Below, in pieces: positions 8,914-18,623 of a stretch of DNA of 64,000 nucleotides. Under the pieces are notes generated by a model that did no database searches, had not been told where the DNA came from, and saw nothing but the letters and a program-made list of their open reading frames with translations. The DNA is taken from positions 5,860 through 69,859 of the forward strand of contig JADFXQ010000003.1 of assembly GCA_015233495.1 (NCBI GenBank). The letters run 5' to 3'. The stretch comes from Candidatus Omnitrophota bacterium. GTDB taxonomy: Bacteria > Omnitrophota > Gorgyraeia > Zapsychrales > Zapsychraceae. A program made the translations under genes and the position numbers. Numbering within the stretch: the first letter of the stretch is position 1; each line of letters starts with the position of its first letter.

Positions 8914-9531
8914 CGGAGCTGAAAAGCGCAAATTTTTTTGGAAAACCACTTTCAGCATATCAGACTTTTCTTTCCCTATTTTCACATCGATTTGAGCGAC
9001 TCTCTTCCCTTTTATCTCCAGGTCAATCCGCTTGGCAGTGACGCCGCAAACAATTTGTTCTACAGACGACAGGTGCGTCCGATCCAACCCGTCCGCCAAC
9101 CTTAAAAACGCGGCGAGCCTAGTGACAACGTCGCGAGACTTTGGATCCAATTCGGCAAAATATTTATGCGAAGACTTGGGTAAACTTTTGCGGTGATAAC
9201 GGGCAATTAGCCCGATGATCACGCGGTCTTTCCGGGGCAACGGCAGTTTGCGGGATCGGATGATCAACGCGCAAGACGTCTTATGATGTTTTTGCTGACC
9301 CCGCGTCCAACCGATATCATGCAAAATTGCCGCGGCGGCCAACCACTGTCGATGCTTTGTTTCTAACCGGTGCAGTGCTTTAAGCTGATCAAAAAGACTT
9401 AAAGCCAAATCCGCAACATGGCTGCAGTGTTTTTCCTCATAACGATAATCGCGGCCTAAGGCAATCGCCGCGGAGGCTAAATGATTTTCTGGATGTTTTG
9501 CCATAAATGTTGTCTTTGGCGCTTTGTCCAA
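8881..9531 (-). CDS. HD-domain protein (resembles the C-terminal HD domain of Ppx/GppA)
   Basis: HD motif AAAILHDIGW, with His-rich region RYHRKSLP. Alternative start at MAKHPEN (9504). Overlaps the convergent glucokinase end by 33 nt and the upstream CHAD ORF by 28-55 nt. Confidence 0.6.
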   Translation of the reverse strand: MDKAPKTTFMAKHPENHLASAAIALGRDYRYEEKHCSHVADLALSLFDQLKALHRLETKHRQWLAAAAILHDIGWTRGQQKHHKTSCALIIRSRKLPLPRKDRVIIGLIARYHRKSLPKSSHKYFAELDPKSRDVVTRLAAFLRLADGLDRTHLSSVEQIVCGVTAKRIDLEIKGKRVAQIDVKIGKEKSDMLKVVFQKNLRFSAPSGLTHQINCP

Positions 9532-10367
9532 ATTCGAAAAAATTTATTATAAGCCCGCGCCCGCTCGACAGCGCAACTTTTTTGAAAATGGACCCGCCAG
9601 GCTTGAAAATTACGGGTTTGGGGAATGCCGGTATTTCGGGATAAAAATTGTTGCCAAACGTCGAGCTCGTGTATATCGCCTAAAATTTCTTGGATCCCCA
9701 AAGCGGCGTCAATAAAAGGGTTCATCCGGCGGCCATAAAAGGGTTGGAATATTTCCAGAGTATAGCGCAATTTCTTAGCCGCGATTCGCGCCGCGTGCAG
9801 TTTTTGAATGTTCGACGGCTGACCCAGGTCAACGTCGTGAGCAAGCAATTGCCGCAAGCGTTTTAAAATTATTTTTTTCCGGCCGCCGGCAAACTGTCGC
9901 GCCGTCGGCGCCTTTGTTTTCAGAAGATCCGAGGTTAAAAATATGTTCAGACTATTAATATCATACACCGCGCCGGCTAACGCGCTATCGATTTGTTTTT
10001 GGGCGGTTTGCCGGCTTTTTTCGCAAAAACGGATCAGCGCGCTGATCCCGGCTTGATAACCGGAATTTTCCGGTTTGCGTTTAAGCCGCAATAAACAGCG
10101 GATTTGCACGTCCAATTCTCGGACCGGGCCAAACGCGCGGCCAATCCGGGAGAGCTGTTTGATCCATTGACCCGTTTTCCGATCCGGAAGTAATCCCCCG
10201 GCGTGAAAGGCGTGTAAAGCGGCTCTTAACCGGCGCGACGAAACCCTCGCCCGGTGCAAAGGCTCAAGATCACTGCCGCGGCCAGCCGCTGGCGCTTCTT
10301 TCAATAACACCTGAAGATGACGCGATAAAATTTTGCCGGCGTATACGCAAAAATCGCTATTTTTCAT
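9477..10367 (-). CDS. CHAD-domain protein
   Basis: Arg/His-rich helical protein with the HRARVSSRRLRAALHAF pattern typical of CHAD domains, which are found next to polyphosphate genes. Start overlaps the ppk1 stop by 4 nt. Confidence 0.65.
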   Translation of the reverse strand: MKNSDFCVYAGKILSRHLQVLLKEAPAAGRGSDLEPLHRARVSSRRLRAALHAFHAGGLLPDRKTGQWIKQLSRIGRAFGPVRELDVQIRCLLRLKRKPENSGYQAGISALIRFCEKSRQTAQKQIDSALAGAVYDINSLNIFLTSDLLKTKAPTARQFAGGRKKIILKRLRQLLAHDVDLGQPSNIQKLHAARIAAKKLRYTLEIFQPFYGRRMNPFIDAALGIQEILGDIHELDVWQQFLSRNTGIPQTRNFQAWRVHFQKSCAVERARAYNKFFRIWTKRQRQHLWQNIQKII

Positions 10368-12400
10368 TGCGCGTAATAACCAATCAGCTGCTCCTGAACA
10401 TTCAAAAGATGCTCCACTTTGTCCGGACGGATATATTCCCGGCCGGGAGTGAGCCAGCGGGATTTCCGGTTATCTTGCCAATATTCTTCCAAAACGAATT
10501 TCAAATGCTGTCGCAGTTCATCCCGGTTGACTTCAAACAAAAGCTCGACCCGGCGGTCAAAATTGCGGGTCATCCAGTCCGCAGAAGACAAAAACACCCG
10601 TGATTCGGAATTATTATTGAACATATAAATCCGGGAATGTTCTAAAAACCTGCCGACTAAGCTTTTGACTTCAATATTCTCGCTCATCCCTGCCACACCG
10701 GGGACCAAACAGCATATGCCGCGCACGATCAACTTGATTTTCACGCCCGCGTTGGAGGCCTCATATAATTTTTCAATAATGGCCGTGTCTTCCAAAGAAT
10801 TAAACTTGGCAAAAATCAGACCGTTTTTATATTTTTTATGAAAAGCGATTTCCTTATCTATCAATTCGAAAAAATACTGTCTTAAGTCATAGGGCGCGGA
10901 AACGATCCGATGCCAGCGCGACGGCAAAGAATAACCGGTAATCACATTAAAAACATCGGAAATGTCTTTGGCAAAATCTTCGTTAGCGGTGAAGTATCCC
11001 ACATCAGTGTAAAGTTCCGCGGTTTTTTCATTATAGTTTCCGGTGGAAAGATGCACATACCGCCGGATCCGGCCTTCTTCCCGACGCACGATCAAGGTCA
11101 TTTTGGAATGAATTTTCATGCCGACGATTCCGTAAATCACATGGCATCCGGCCGCCTCCAGCTCGCGGGTCCAGTCAATGTTCCTCTCCTCTTCAAAGCG
11201 GGCCTTGATTTCCACCAGAACCGTTACCTGCTTCTTGTTTTTGGCGGCTTCGATGAGCGCCTTGATGATCCCGGAATTCTCGCTCGCCCGATAAAGCGTC
11301 ATTTTCATCGCCAGCACATCTTTATCCCGGGCCGCAGACTGAATCAAATCCACGGTAGGCTGAAAAGACTGAAAAGGAAAATGCCGGATAAAATCATTTT
11401 CTTTGATTCTATCAAAAATATTCTCCGCATCCATCCGCGCCGGCGTAAAACTTTTAAAAAATAACGCCGGTTTGCTAACTTGCGGCGGCACTTCGAACAA
11501 ATATGTCAAATCTAAATCTCCATCGATAAAAGTCACCTGATTCTTAGGAAAGTCAATGCCGGCGGCGAGCATATCTAGCAGTTGAGAATGATGGTTTTTC
11601 TCAACCTGCAGATTGACCACTTTGGCCTTCGGCCGTTTTTGAATCTCATTTTCAATAACTTTCAATAGATCCGAGTGGTATTCTTCCTGAGCCGAAAGTT
11701 CGCTGTCCCGAATCACCCGGAACAAAAAACTCCCCAGAATTTGAAACCCTATAAAAAACGCCTCCATATTTTCCCGGATAATCTCGTCAATCCGGATAAA
11801 AGAAAAATCTTCCTTTTCGGAGGGCAATTTAAAAAGCCGCGGCACGGATTTCGGAATCGTGATCATCGCCAGATAGGTGGTGTCATTGCGGCCTAAAAGC
11901 ACGGCAAAGGCATTAGTTTTAGAAGCCAAAATCGGAAAAGGATGGCCCGGATCAATCGCCATGGGCGTAATGATCGGATAGAGGGTAGATTCAAAATAAT
12001 TCTTCGCGGCTCTTTTTTGCTCGGAATTCAACTGGGCGGGATTCAAAATAAAAACCTGATTCCGGGCCAACTCCTGGCGGATTGCCCCCTTCTCCAAGTC
12101 ATACAAGCAATACAGCCGCTCGATCAAAGAAGCGATGCGGGTTTGAATATCGGTAGATAAATCCGAAGGATAATATCCAAAATTGTCTTTATGATTATAC
12201 CCGGCGTCTAAAAGACGTTTCAAACCGGCGACCCGGACCATCAAAAATTCGTCCAGATTGTTCGCGCAGATGGCGATAAACTTCAGCCTTTCCAAAAGCG
12301 GATTGCTTTCATCTAAGGCCTCTTCCAGCACCCGTTCATTAAACGCCAGCCAGCTTAAATCGCGGTGAATAAATTTGATTTTAGAATCTGACTTTTCCAT
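10364..12400 (-). CDS. ppk: Polyphosphate kinase 1
   Basis: 678 aa. N-terminal RDLSWLAFNERVLEEA. Two PLD-like HKD regions (HSKMTLIVRRE and HxK later). Conserved PPK1 architecture. Confidence 0.9.
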   Translation of the reverse strand: MEKSDSKIKFIHRDLSWLAFNERVLEEALDESNPLLERLKFIAICANNLDEFLMVRVAGLKRLLDAGYNHKDNFGYYPSDLSTDIQTRIASLIERLYCLYDLEKGAIRQELARNQVFILNPAQLNSEQKRAAKNYFESTLYPIITPMAIDPGHPFPILASKTNAFAVLLGRNDTTYLAMITIPKSVPRLFKLPSEKEDFSFIRIDEIIRENMEAFFIGFQILGSFLFRVIRDSELSAQEEYHSDLLKVIENEIQKRPKAKVVNLQVEKNHHSQLLDMLAAGIDFPKNQVTFIDGDLDLTYLFEVPPQVSKPALFFKSFTPARMDAENIFDRIKENDFIRHFPFQSFQPTVDLIQSAARDKDVLAMKMTLYRASENSGIIKALIEAAKNKKQVTVLVEIKARFEEERNIDWTRELEAAGCHVIYGIVGMKIHSKMTLIVRREEGRIRRYVHLSTGNYNEKTAELYTDVGYFTANEDFAKDISDVFNVITGYSLPSRWHRIVSAPYDLRQYFFELIDKEIAFHKKYKNGLIFAKFNSLEDTAIIEKLYEASNAGVKIKLIVRGICCLVPGVAGMSENIEVKSLVGRFLEHSRIYMFNNNSESRVFLSSADWMTRNFDRRVELLFEVNRDELRQHLKFVLEEYWQDNRKSRWLTPGREYIRPDKVEHLLNVQEQLIGYYAQ

Positions 12401-12413
12401 GATAAGAATAGTT

Positions 12414-13964
12414 TTAAATTGATTGGATTTTTAAATTGATTTTTTTACCCGAAATCTCTTCAAACATTTCTTTTTTGTCGATAAATTCGAGTTTTTCCAA
12501 CACGAAATTCCCTTCGACCCGGACCTGCAAAACAATGTCCTGACCACGGGTAAATTCGACCTGCAGTTTTTTAACCTTGAGTTTGTGCGCCCGGTCGAGC
12601 GCGTTAGAAATCCGTAAAATCGAGCTCAATTTCTGCACTAAGATCTGTTTGTCTTTCGCCAGGGACTGATAAACCAAATGCGAGTCCGCCGGCAATCCCC
12701 GGCGGTGATAACGGGCAATACAGGCGATCACCTTAATTTCCTCATCCGTAAGCCTAAACAAATTGAGATTGGAAATTATATACTCGGTATGTTTGTGATG
12801 CGCCCGGTTATAAATGAACATGCCAATCGGATGCAAATATGACGCGAGCAAAAGATATAATAAATCGGATTTTTTCAAACCCAAAGTTTCTTTAAAACCG
12901 TCGAACAAGGTCTCGGACATTTCCGCGATGTGCTGAACATGCCTCAAATCGACGTTGTACTTTTCGCAGAGCCACTTGCTGACCGAAATCAACTGATTGG
13001 TTTTGTTGTATTTTTGCGAAACTTCAAAGTCCAAAACCATATAAGCCAAAACCGCCTCGGCCAAAGAGGCCTCCAGAATATGAATGTTCTTATTTTCAGT
13101 CAGGTTGGCGAAAGTGTTGAGGATCATCGCGTATCCGGCAAAAGTGTCGGCGCTTTCCGACGGAATTTTATGTTCCGCGGCGATTTGTTCGGCGTCTTGA
13201 TTGGCAATAGTTTCCAAAAGCCCTTGGGTTTCGGCCAGATTCATTTGAAAAAACTTATGCTGAAAAACCTTTTCCGGAATCAATTTGGGCAAAAAGGAGG
13301 TGTAACTTTCATCGATCAGAATAATATCGTCCACCTTGACCGAGGCAAGGTCGCGTTTTAAATACGCGAATTCGCATTCAATATTTTCCCCCACCGCGGC
13401 ATAATTTTCTTTGCGGCTGCCGTCGAGCTTGCTCATCAGCTGTTTAAGCCTCAGCATGCCTAACGGCAAGCCGATGTTCATCAGCGTGTAACCCTGGGCC
13501 ATCACCGAAATATCCAGACTGCCGGCCCCGATTTCCGCGATCAAAAGATTCTTCGTATGCAGAGGATATTTGTCTTTAAGGATATGGTAGAGATAAGCGT
13601 CAATATAATAAATAACATCGCCGGCCGTGAATACCTCGATGTTCAAACCGGTGCGCCGGGAAATTGTGTCAATAAACACATCGCGATTATCCGCCTCCCG
13701 CACCGCAGTGGTCGCAATCACTTTCACATCCGAAATATCGTATTCCTTCAATTTCTCAGCGTATTTTTCCAAAATGGCAACGGTGCGGTTAATCGTCTCC
13801 TGAGAAAAACGGCCTTTATAAAAAGTGTCTTTGCCCAAAAGCGTGACGTTTTTCAAGGATTCCAAAACCTTAATATCGGATTCCGCTTCCTCGGCAATCA
13901 GCAAACGGATGGAATGGGTCCCGATATCAATCACCGCGGCGCGGACAACTTTATTATCTTTCAT
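12414..13964 (-). CDS. ppx: Exopolyphosphatase / Ppx-GppA family phosphatase with C-terminal HD domain
   Basis: N-terminal AAVIDIGTHSIRLLIAE actin-like ATPase fold motif of Ppx/GppA. C-terminal HD region (LHPIGMFIYNRAHHKH...RYHRRGLP). Confidence 0.85.
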   Translation of the reverse strand: MKDNKVVRAAVIDIGTHSIRLLIAEEAESDIKVLESLKNVTLLGKDTFYKGRFSQETINRTVAILEKYAEKLKEYDISDVKVIATTAVREADNRDVFIDTISRRTGLNIEVFTAGDVIYYIDAYLYHILKDKYPLHTKNLLIAEIGAGSLDISVMAQGYTLMNIGLPLGMLRLKQLMSKLDGSRKENYAAVGENIECEFAYLKRDLASVKVDDIILIDESYTSFLPKLIPEKVFQHKFFQMNLAETQGLLETIANQDAEQIAAEHKIPSESADTFAGYAMILNTFANLTENKNIHILEASLAEAVLAYMVLDFEVSQKYNKTNQLISVSKWLCEKYNVDLRHVQHIAEMSETLFDGFKETLGLKKSDLLYLLLASYLHPIGMFIYNRAHHKHTEYIISNLNLFRLTDEEIKVIACIARYHRRGLPADSHLVYQSLAKDKQILVQKLSSILRISNALDRAHKLKVKKLQVEFTRGQDIVLQVRVEGNFVLEKLEFIDKKEMFEEISGKKINLKIQSI

Positions 13965-13982
13965 CGTTTCAACCCCGTAAGT

Positions 13983-14816
13983 TTAAACAATTTTAATATT
14001 TTTCAAATTTTGTTCCGGCGCGGGATAGCGCATATTTAATTGGTCTAAGGCCGCGGTCACGGCCAGCGAAACAAAAAAATTGCGCTGCTTTGGTTGATCC
14101 GACGGAACAATATACCACGGCGCCCAAGCTGTTGCGGTCGCGCTAATTGCTTTTTCATACGCTTGAACGTACGCCGGCCAGAATTTTCTTTCCTGCAAAT
14201 CCGCGGAATTGAATTTCCAATTTTTTTCCGGATTATCCAATCGGGCCCGTAAACGCCGAGCTTGCTCCTCAAAACTGATATGCAAAAAGAATTTGAGGAT
14301 AATTGCTCCTTCTTCGGTCAGCATCTTCTCGAAATGATGGATCTGGCCATAACGTTTCTCGATGAGCTTATCCGGCGCCAAATGATGAACGCGGGTCACC
14401 AGCACATCTTCATAATGACTGCGGTTAAAAATAACGATCTCTCCTTTGGCCGGAGTTTTTTGATGCACCCGCCAGAGATAATCGTGATCCGCCTCTTCCG
14501 GAGTCGGGACTTTAAAGGCCGCCACCCGCACGCCTTGCGGATTAATCCCTTGAAACACGTGTTTGATTACCCCGTCTTTGCCCGCCGTATCCATGCCTTG
14601 CAAAACAATCAAAACTTTGTGCTTATGTTCGGCGTAAAGCAAGGCCTGCAGAACCGCTAATTTTTCCTGCAGGCTCTGGATAAGCTGATCCTCATCTTTT
14701 TTCTGAATAAATTTTAAGCTGTCGTCCGGCGGAAAATCCGCGAGCCGAAACCCTTTCGGCGACCCAACCCGGTATTTATTCAAAAAAACGTTTGTTTTCT
14801 TCAAAGGATTTTTCAT
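13983..14816 (-). CDS. Polyphosphate kinase 2 (PPK2 family)
   Basis: Walker A-like GMDTAGKDGVIKHV and lid/Walker B region typical of PPK2. Start placed at MKNPLKK (14816); ORF extends to 14855. Confidence 0.8.
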   Translation of the reverse strand: MKNPLKKTNVFLNKYRVGSPKGFRLADFPPDDSLKFIQKKDEDQLIQSLQEKLAVLQALLYAEHKHKVLIVLQGMDTAGKDGVIKHVFQGINPQGVRVAAFKVPTPEEADHDYLWRVHQKTPAKGEIVIFNRSHYEDVLVTRVHHLAPDKLIEKRYGQIHHFEKMLTEEGAIILKFFLHISFEEQARRLRARLDNPEKNWKFNSADLQERKFWPAYVQAYEKAISATATAWAPWYIVPSDQPKQRNFFVSLAVTAALDQLNMRYPAPEQNLKNIKIV

Positions 14817-14876
14817 GAGTTTTTTAATTATAGACGGGGGGGGTAATTCTATCAAGGCATATTTGCGTCATGGACA

Positions 14877-16253
14877 TTAAGAAGGCGAATCTGGCGCTGA
14901 CGTCCCGGAGATATAAGCGCAATATATCAACATAATGACTGCGGCAGTCAATAATAGACGCGGCGAGGCGTCGTATAAAAACATATCCCCAGGAATAACC
15001 ACTGTAAGAACTAAAATCAAAACCATTTGGCATAATACATTTACGATAAAATAAAAATATGGCCGGCGGAGGCATTTTGAGAAATTAATTAACGATACAA
15101 ATAAAAACATCATTCCGGTGACATTAAAATATGAAATCAGTTGAATTCGGTAAGCGATATTGTCTATCCCAACCCTGCAACGCTTAGCCATATCCATCAC
15201 AGACCCGACTCGCGATAAAATATCCCGGTTGATTAAAACGTTTTCCAACCCCAAAATATTTTTTTGCGCCAGCCAGGGGCCAATGATTGCTCCGATAATC
15301 AAAAAATAAACGATCAGATCAAAAATTATCTGTCTAAACCCTTTCTGTTTTGCCGTCAATAAAATGACCAAACCATTGAACAAGGCGTAAACCATTCCTT
15401 CGTTTTTCGTCCATACTGCGAATCCGGCAAAAATCGCGGAAAGAATAAACCAGCCCTGTCCCTCCTTTTGTTCCCATTCCAATAAAAATACAAAGCTAAG
15501 CACATAATAAAACAAAAGGACCGGTTCTGAAATTGTTCCCACGGCCGTCCAAACCAAACCCGGAAGAGTCAAAATAAAAAACGCGGCAGCCAAACTCAAA
15601 ACCCGGCTGATTCTCCTGCGTAAAAAAGCGTAAACACCCGCGGCCAACCCGCAGTGAAACAAAGGATAAATGATCCGGGAACATTGGTCATTCCAGGTGT
15701 TTAACCACGTAAATATCCATGTTCCCATGAGAGGTACATGCTGGGGATAATCCCAATTCCCCCAAACATTGCGGAAATCAGCAAATTTAGCGAACGGCAC
15801 CTTTTGTTCAACAAAAAAAATCTTGGCTTTAAAACCCCAGAAAGCCCAACTGTCCCACGCCTCGGCGGCCATAGTCCACGTACGGAAAACCATATTCCCT
15901 GCCGCGATTATGATAAAGGTTACCAATAAACCTTCGATCCAGGTATACATCGAAGCTACGGGCTTATATTCACTTGGCCCATTTGCTTTCGCCGGGAATA
16001 GCCACGACCTGAAAAACAAAATAACCATCGGAACTAATAAAGAACCCCCGACAATCACCGCTGGCGAAAAATCAATCTCCAATAAAGACAGATAAAACAT
16101 CACCAAAGTCAAAATGCCAAAACCCAAACCATAGGAGACAAAAACCTTTTCCCAAAAAAACATTCGGCGTTTGAGAAAAAACGGCGACAAGGACAACCAG
16201 CCAATCAGGATGGGAATAAATACCGCGGTCAATACTCCAAAGAAAATAATCAT
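14877..16253 (-). CDS. Polytopic membrane protein, putative GT-C-type glycosyltransferase (ArnT/PMT-like)
   Basis: 458 aa, about 11-13 predicted hydrophobic helices throughout. Positioned at the distal end of the rfb/polysaccharide operon. Family assignment by architecture only. Confidence 0.4.
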   Translation of the reverse strand: MIIFFGVLTAVFIPILIGWLSLSPFFLKRRMFFWEKVFVSYGLGFGILTLVMFYLSLLEIDFSPAVIVGGSLLVPMVILFFRSWLFPAKANGPSEYKPVASMYTWIEGLLVTFIIIAAGNMVFRTWTMAAEAWDSWAFWGFKAKIFFVEQKVPFAKFADFRNVWGNWDYPQHVPLMGTWIFTWLNTWNDQCSRIIYPLFHCGLAAGVYAFLRRRISRVLSLAAAFFILTLPGLVWTAVGTISEPVLLFYYVLSFVFLLEWEQKEGQGWFILSAIFAGFAVWTKNEGMVYALFNGLVILLTAKQKGFRQIIFDLIVYFLIIGAIIGPWLAQKNILGLENVLINRDILSRVGSVMDMAKRCRVGIDNIAYRIQLISYFNVTGMMFLFVSLINFSKCLRRPYFYFIVNVLCQMVLILVLTVVIPGDMFLYDASPRLLLTAAVIMLIYCAYISGTSAPDSPS

Positions 16254-16732
16254 GACTTACCCTTTTTCCGCAGGAGAAATTCTTTATCGCAGGTTAATAA
16301 ATATTTATCCGGGCCAAAATCTTTTATCCTGGCATAACCTGCAGGCGCCCGAAAATCCGGTTGTTGATAAACTAAAATATATTTTTGCCGCAGAGTATTC
16401 TCCCCATAGTTGCGCGGATAAAGATAATACCGGCCTTTATCGCGCAAAAATTCCAACTTATTTTGTGGAGCAATCGGAAGAATGATTTGCAGTGGTTCCC
16501 CAGAAGGTAAAACCCGGTCGCAATATTTCAATATCGGGTAATAATCACGCGTGGAATCATCATAAGCCGCGGAATAAGAACGCAGACGATTCAAACCGGA
16601 ATTTAGGGCAAAGACATAATATTTATTTTCATCCTGCCAAATCCTCACCAATTGTTTGAGCCAAATCCCGCACCAAACAAAACTAAAAAAAACAAATACC
16701 GATATCCGCATTGAATGCCGCGGCAAAAACAT
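16250..16732 (-). CDS. Hypothetical membrane-anchored protein (N-terminal TM, ~130-aa extracytoplasmic domain)
   Basis: Start taken at MFLPRHSMRISVFVFFSFVW (16732), immediately after the rfbB stop. Overlaps the downstream GT-C-like gene start by 4 nt, suggesting translational coupling. Confidence 0.5.
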   Translation of the reverse strand: MFLPRHSMRISVFVFFSFVWCGIWLKQLVRIWQDENKYYVFALNSGLNRLRSYSAAYDDSTRDYYPILKYCDRVLPSGEPLQIILPIAPQNKLEFLRDKGRYYLYPRNYGENTLRQKYILVYQQPDFRAPAGYARIKDFGPDKYLLTCDKEFLLRKKGKS

Positions 16733-16733
16733 T

Positions 16734-17726
16734 TCAATATCCCCCGCGATATTGGCCGGACTGGATCCGCTGCATCCAAGGTATATTTTCCCGATACCAG
16801 CGAATCGTTTTTTTAATGCTTTCTTCAAACAACGCCCGCGGCTCCCACCCAAACTCGTTACGGATTTTTCCCGAGTCAATGGCATAGCGCCGGTCATGAC
16901 CCAGGCGGTCATCCACAAACCGGATCAAGCTTTCCGGTTTACCCAGCTCTTTTAAAATCAATTTCACAATATCGATATTCCGCCATTCATTGTTCGCGCC
17001 GATATTATAAATTTCTCCCGGCCTTCCCTGCCGCAAGACCATATCCACGGCGCGGCAATGATCTTCAACATAAATCCAGTCGCGCACATTTTGCCCGTCG
17101 CCATAAACCGGCAAAGGTTGATCGCCCAGAGCGTTGGCAATCATTAAAGGGATCAGTTTTTCCGGAAATTGATAAGGCCCATAATTATTGGAACAACGGG
17201 TGATTATGACGGGCAAGCCATAGGTGTGATGATACGCGGCGGCCAACAGATCCGCGCTTGCCTTGCTCGCGGCATAAGGACTGTTAGGCGAAAGCGGGGA
17301 TTTTTCAGTGAAAGCGCCGTTTGGACCCAGACTGCCATAAACTTCATCGGTCGACACCTGCACAAACCGTTCAACACCGCACGCCCGGGCATGGTCCAGC
17401 AAAACCTGGGTGCCAAGCGTGTTCGTGCGGATAAAAACTTCCGGACCCTCAATACTGCGGTCAACATGCGACTCGGCCGCGAAATGCACCACCGCGTTCA
17501 CGCGCCGCATTACCGCGCTGACCTGCGCTCCATTGGCGATATCCCCCCGGACAAATTCATAACGCGGATCTCCCGCGATATCTGCCAAATTATCCGGATT
17601 GCCGGCATAGGTCAAAGCATCAAAATTGATCACCCGCAGATCCGAATAGGCATTAAGCAAATACCGGATAAAATTTGACCCGATAAACCCCGCTCCGCCG
17701 GTGATAAGTACTTTCTTTCGCGGCAC
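16734..17726 (-). CDS. rfbB: dTDP-glucose 4,6-dehydratase
   Basis: VLITGGAGFIGSNF Rossmann motif and YxxxK catalytic motif (YAASKASAD). 330 aa, RmlB-like throughout. Confidence 0.95.
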   Translation of the reverse strand: MPRKKVLITGGAGFIGSNFIRYLLNAYSDLRVINFDALTYAGNPDNLADIAGDPRYEFVRGDIANGAQVSAVMRRVNAVVHFAAESHVDRSIEGPEVFIRTNTLGTQVLLDHARACGVERFVQVSTDEVYGSLGPNGAFTEKSPLSPNSPYAASKASADLLAAAYHHTYGLPVIITRCSNNYGPYQFPEKLIPLMIANALGDQPLPVYGDGQNVRDWIYVEDHCRAVDMVLRQGRPGEIYNIGANNEWRNIDIVKLILKELGKPESLIRFVDDRLGHDRRYAIDSGKIRNEFGWEPRALFEESIKKTIRWYRENIPWMQRIQSGQYRGGY

Positions 17727-17739
17727 GCGTATTTCCTTT

Positions 17740-18600
17740 TTAAAGACAGCGTTCGTGTTCGGAATTCTCCCTAACGTATTTTTCCACTCCTTCCTGCCAG
17801 GCCGGAATGATTATGCCCAATTGACTGGATATTTTTTGGTTAGACATCGCGGTAAAAAGCGGTCGCACGACCTTGGGTTGAAAATGCGCGGCCGGCACCG
17901 GGATTGCGAAGGCGTCCAAACCCGCGGCCTGGATGAAAAATTTGGCCAATTCATAACGCGAAGCGTATCCGCTGTTCGTCAGATGATACAAACCGCTCAA
18001 CCCTTTGTCCAAAGCCAATAAAGTAATCCGCGCCAAATCTTCCGCGGCAGTTGGAACCGAAACTTCATCCGAGGCAATACGCAAAATCCGGTTTTTTGCC
18101 GCCCACTGCGAAACTTTATAAAGAAAATTCTGCCGGCCTTGGCCAAAAACCCAACTGGTACGCAGCAGCAAATAATCCGCCCCGCTGGTTTGCACCAACT
18201 TTTCTCCTTCCAGTTTAGTCGAGCCATAAACGTTCAAAGGGCGGGGCGCGTCGTCTTCCGTGTACAAATCATATTTCTCCCCGTCGAAAACATAGTCGGT
18301 GCTGTAATGGACAAATTTGATGCCCCGGGCTTGACAAGCCCGCGCCATCATCTGCACCGCCCGGCTGTTGACTGTCTCGGCAATGTCTTTTTGCTGTTGG
18401 GCCTCATCTACCAAATTATACGCCGCGCAATTGATCAGCACGGTCGGCTTATGCCCCTCCAGCAAGACATTGATATCGCCTAACCGGGTGATATCGCAGG
18501 TTGCAACATCTGTCGCGACATAAGCTATGCCGCGTTCAAGCAATTCTTTCTGAAACGCCAATCCTAACTGACCATCCGCTCCGGTAATCGCGATTTTCAT
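17740..18600 (-). CDS. rfbD: dTDP-4-dehydrorhamnose reductase
   Basis: MKIAITGADGQLG N-terminus and YGSTK catalytic motif. 286 aa RmlD-like. Confidence 0.9.
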   Translation of the reverse strand: MKIAITGADGQLGLAFQKELLERGIAYVATDVATCDITRLGDINVLLEGHKPTVLINCAAYNLVDEAQQQKDIAETVNSRAVQMMARACQARGIKFVHYSTDYVFDGEKYDLYTEDDAPRPLNVYGSTKLEGEKLVQTSGADYLLLRTSWVFGQGRQNFLYKVSQWAAKNRILRIASDEVSVPTAAEDLARITLLALDKGLSGLYHLTNSGYASRYELAKFFIQAAGLDAFAIPVPAAHFQPKVVRPLFTAMSNQKISSQLGIIIPAWQEGVEKYVRENSEHERCL

Positions 18601-18623
18601 AAATAATTTTCTGGGAAAATTTA

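Noticed and set aside
9477-9531. CHAD and HD ORFs as a single frameshifted pseudogene
   Set aside because: Both ORFs are individually plausible (CHAD ~296 aa, HD ~200 aa). Overlaps of this size occur between coupled genes. Without read data a frameshift cannot be asserted.
10910-11464. 184-aa ORF antisense to ppk1
   Set aside because: Embedded in conserved PPK1 coding sequence. No motif, and no start or RBS support.
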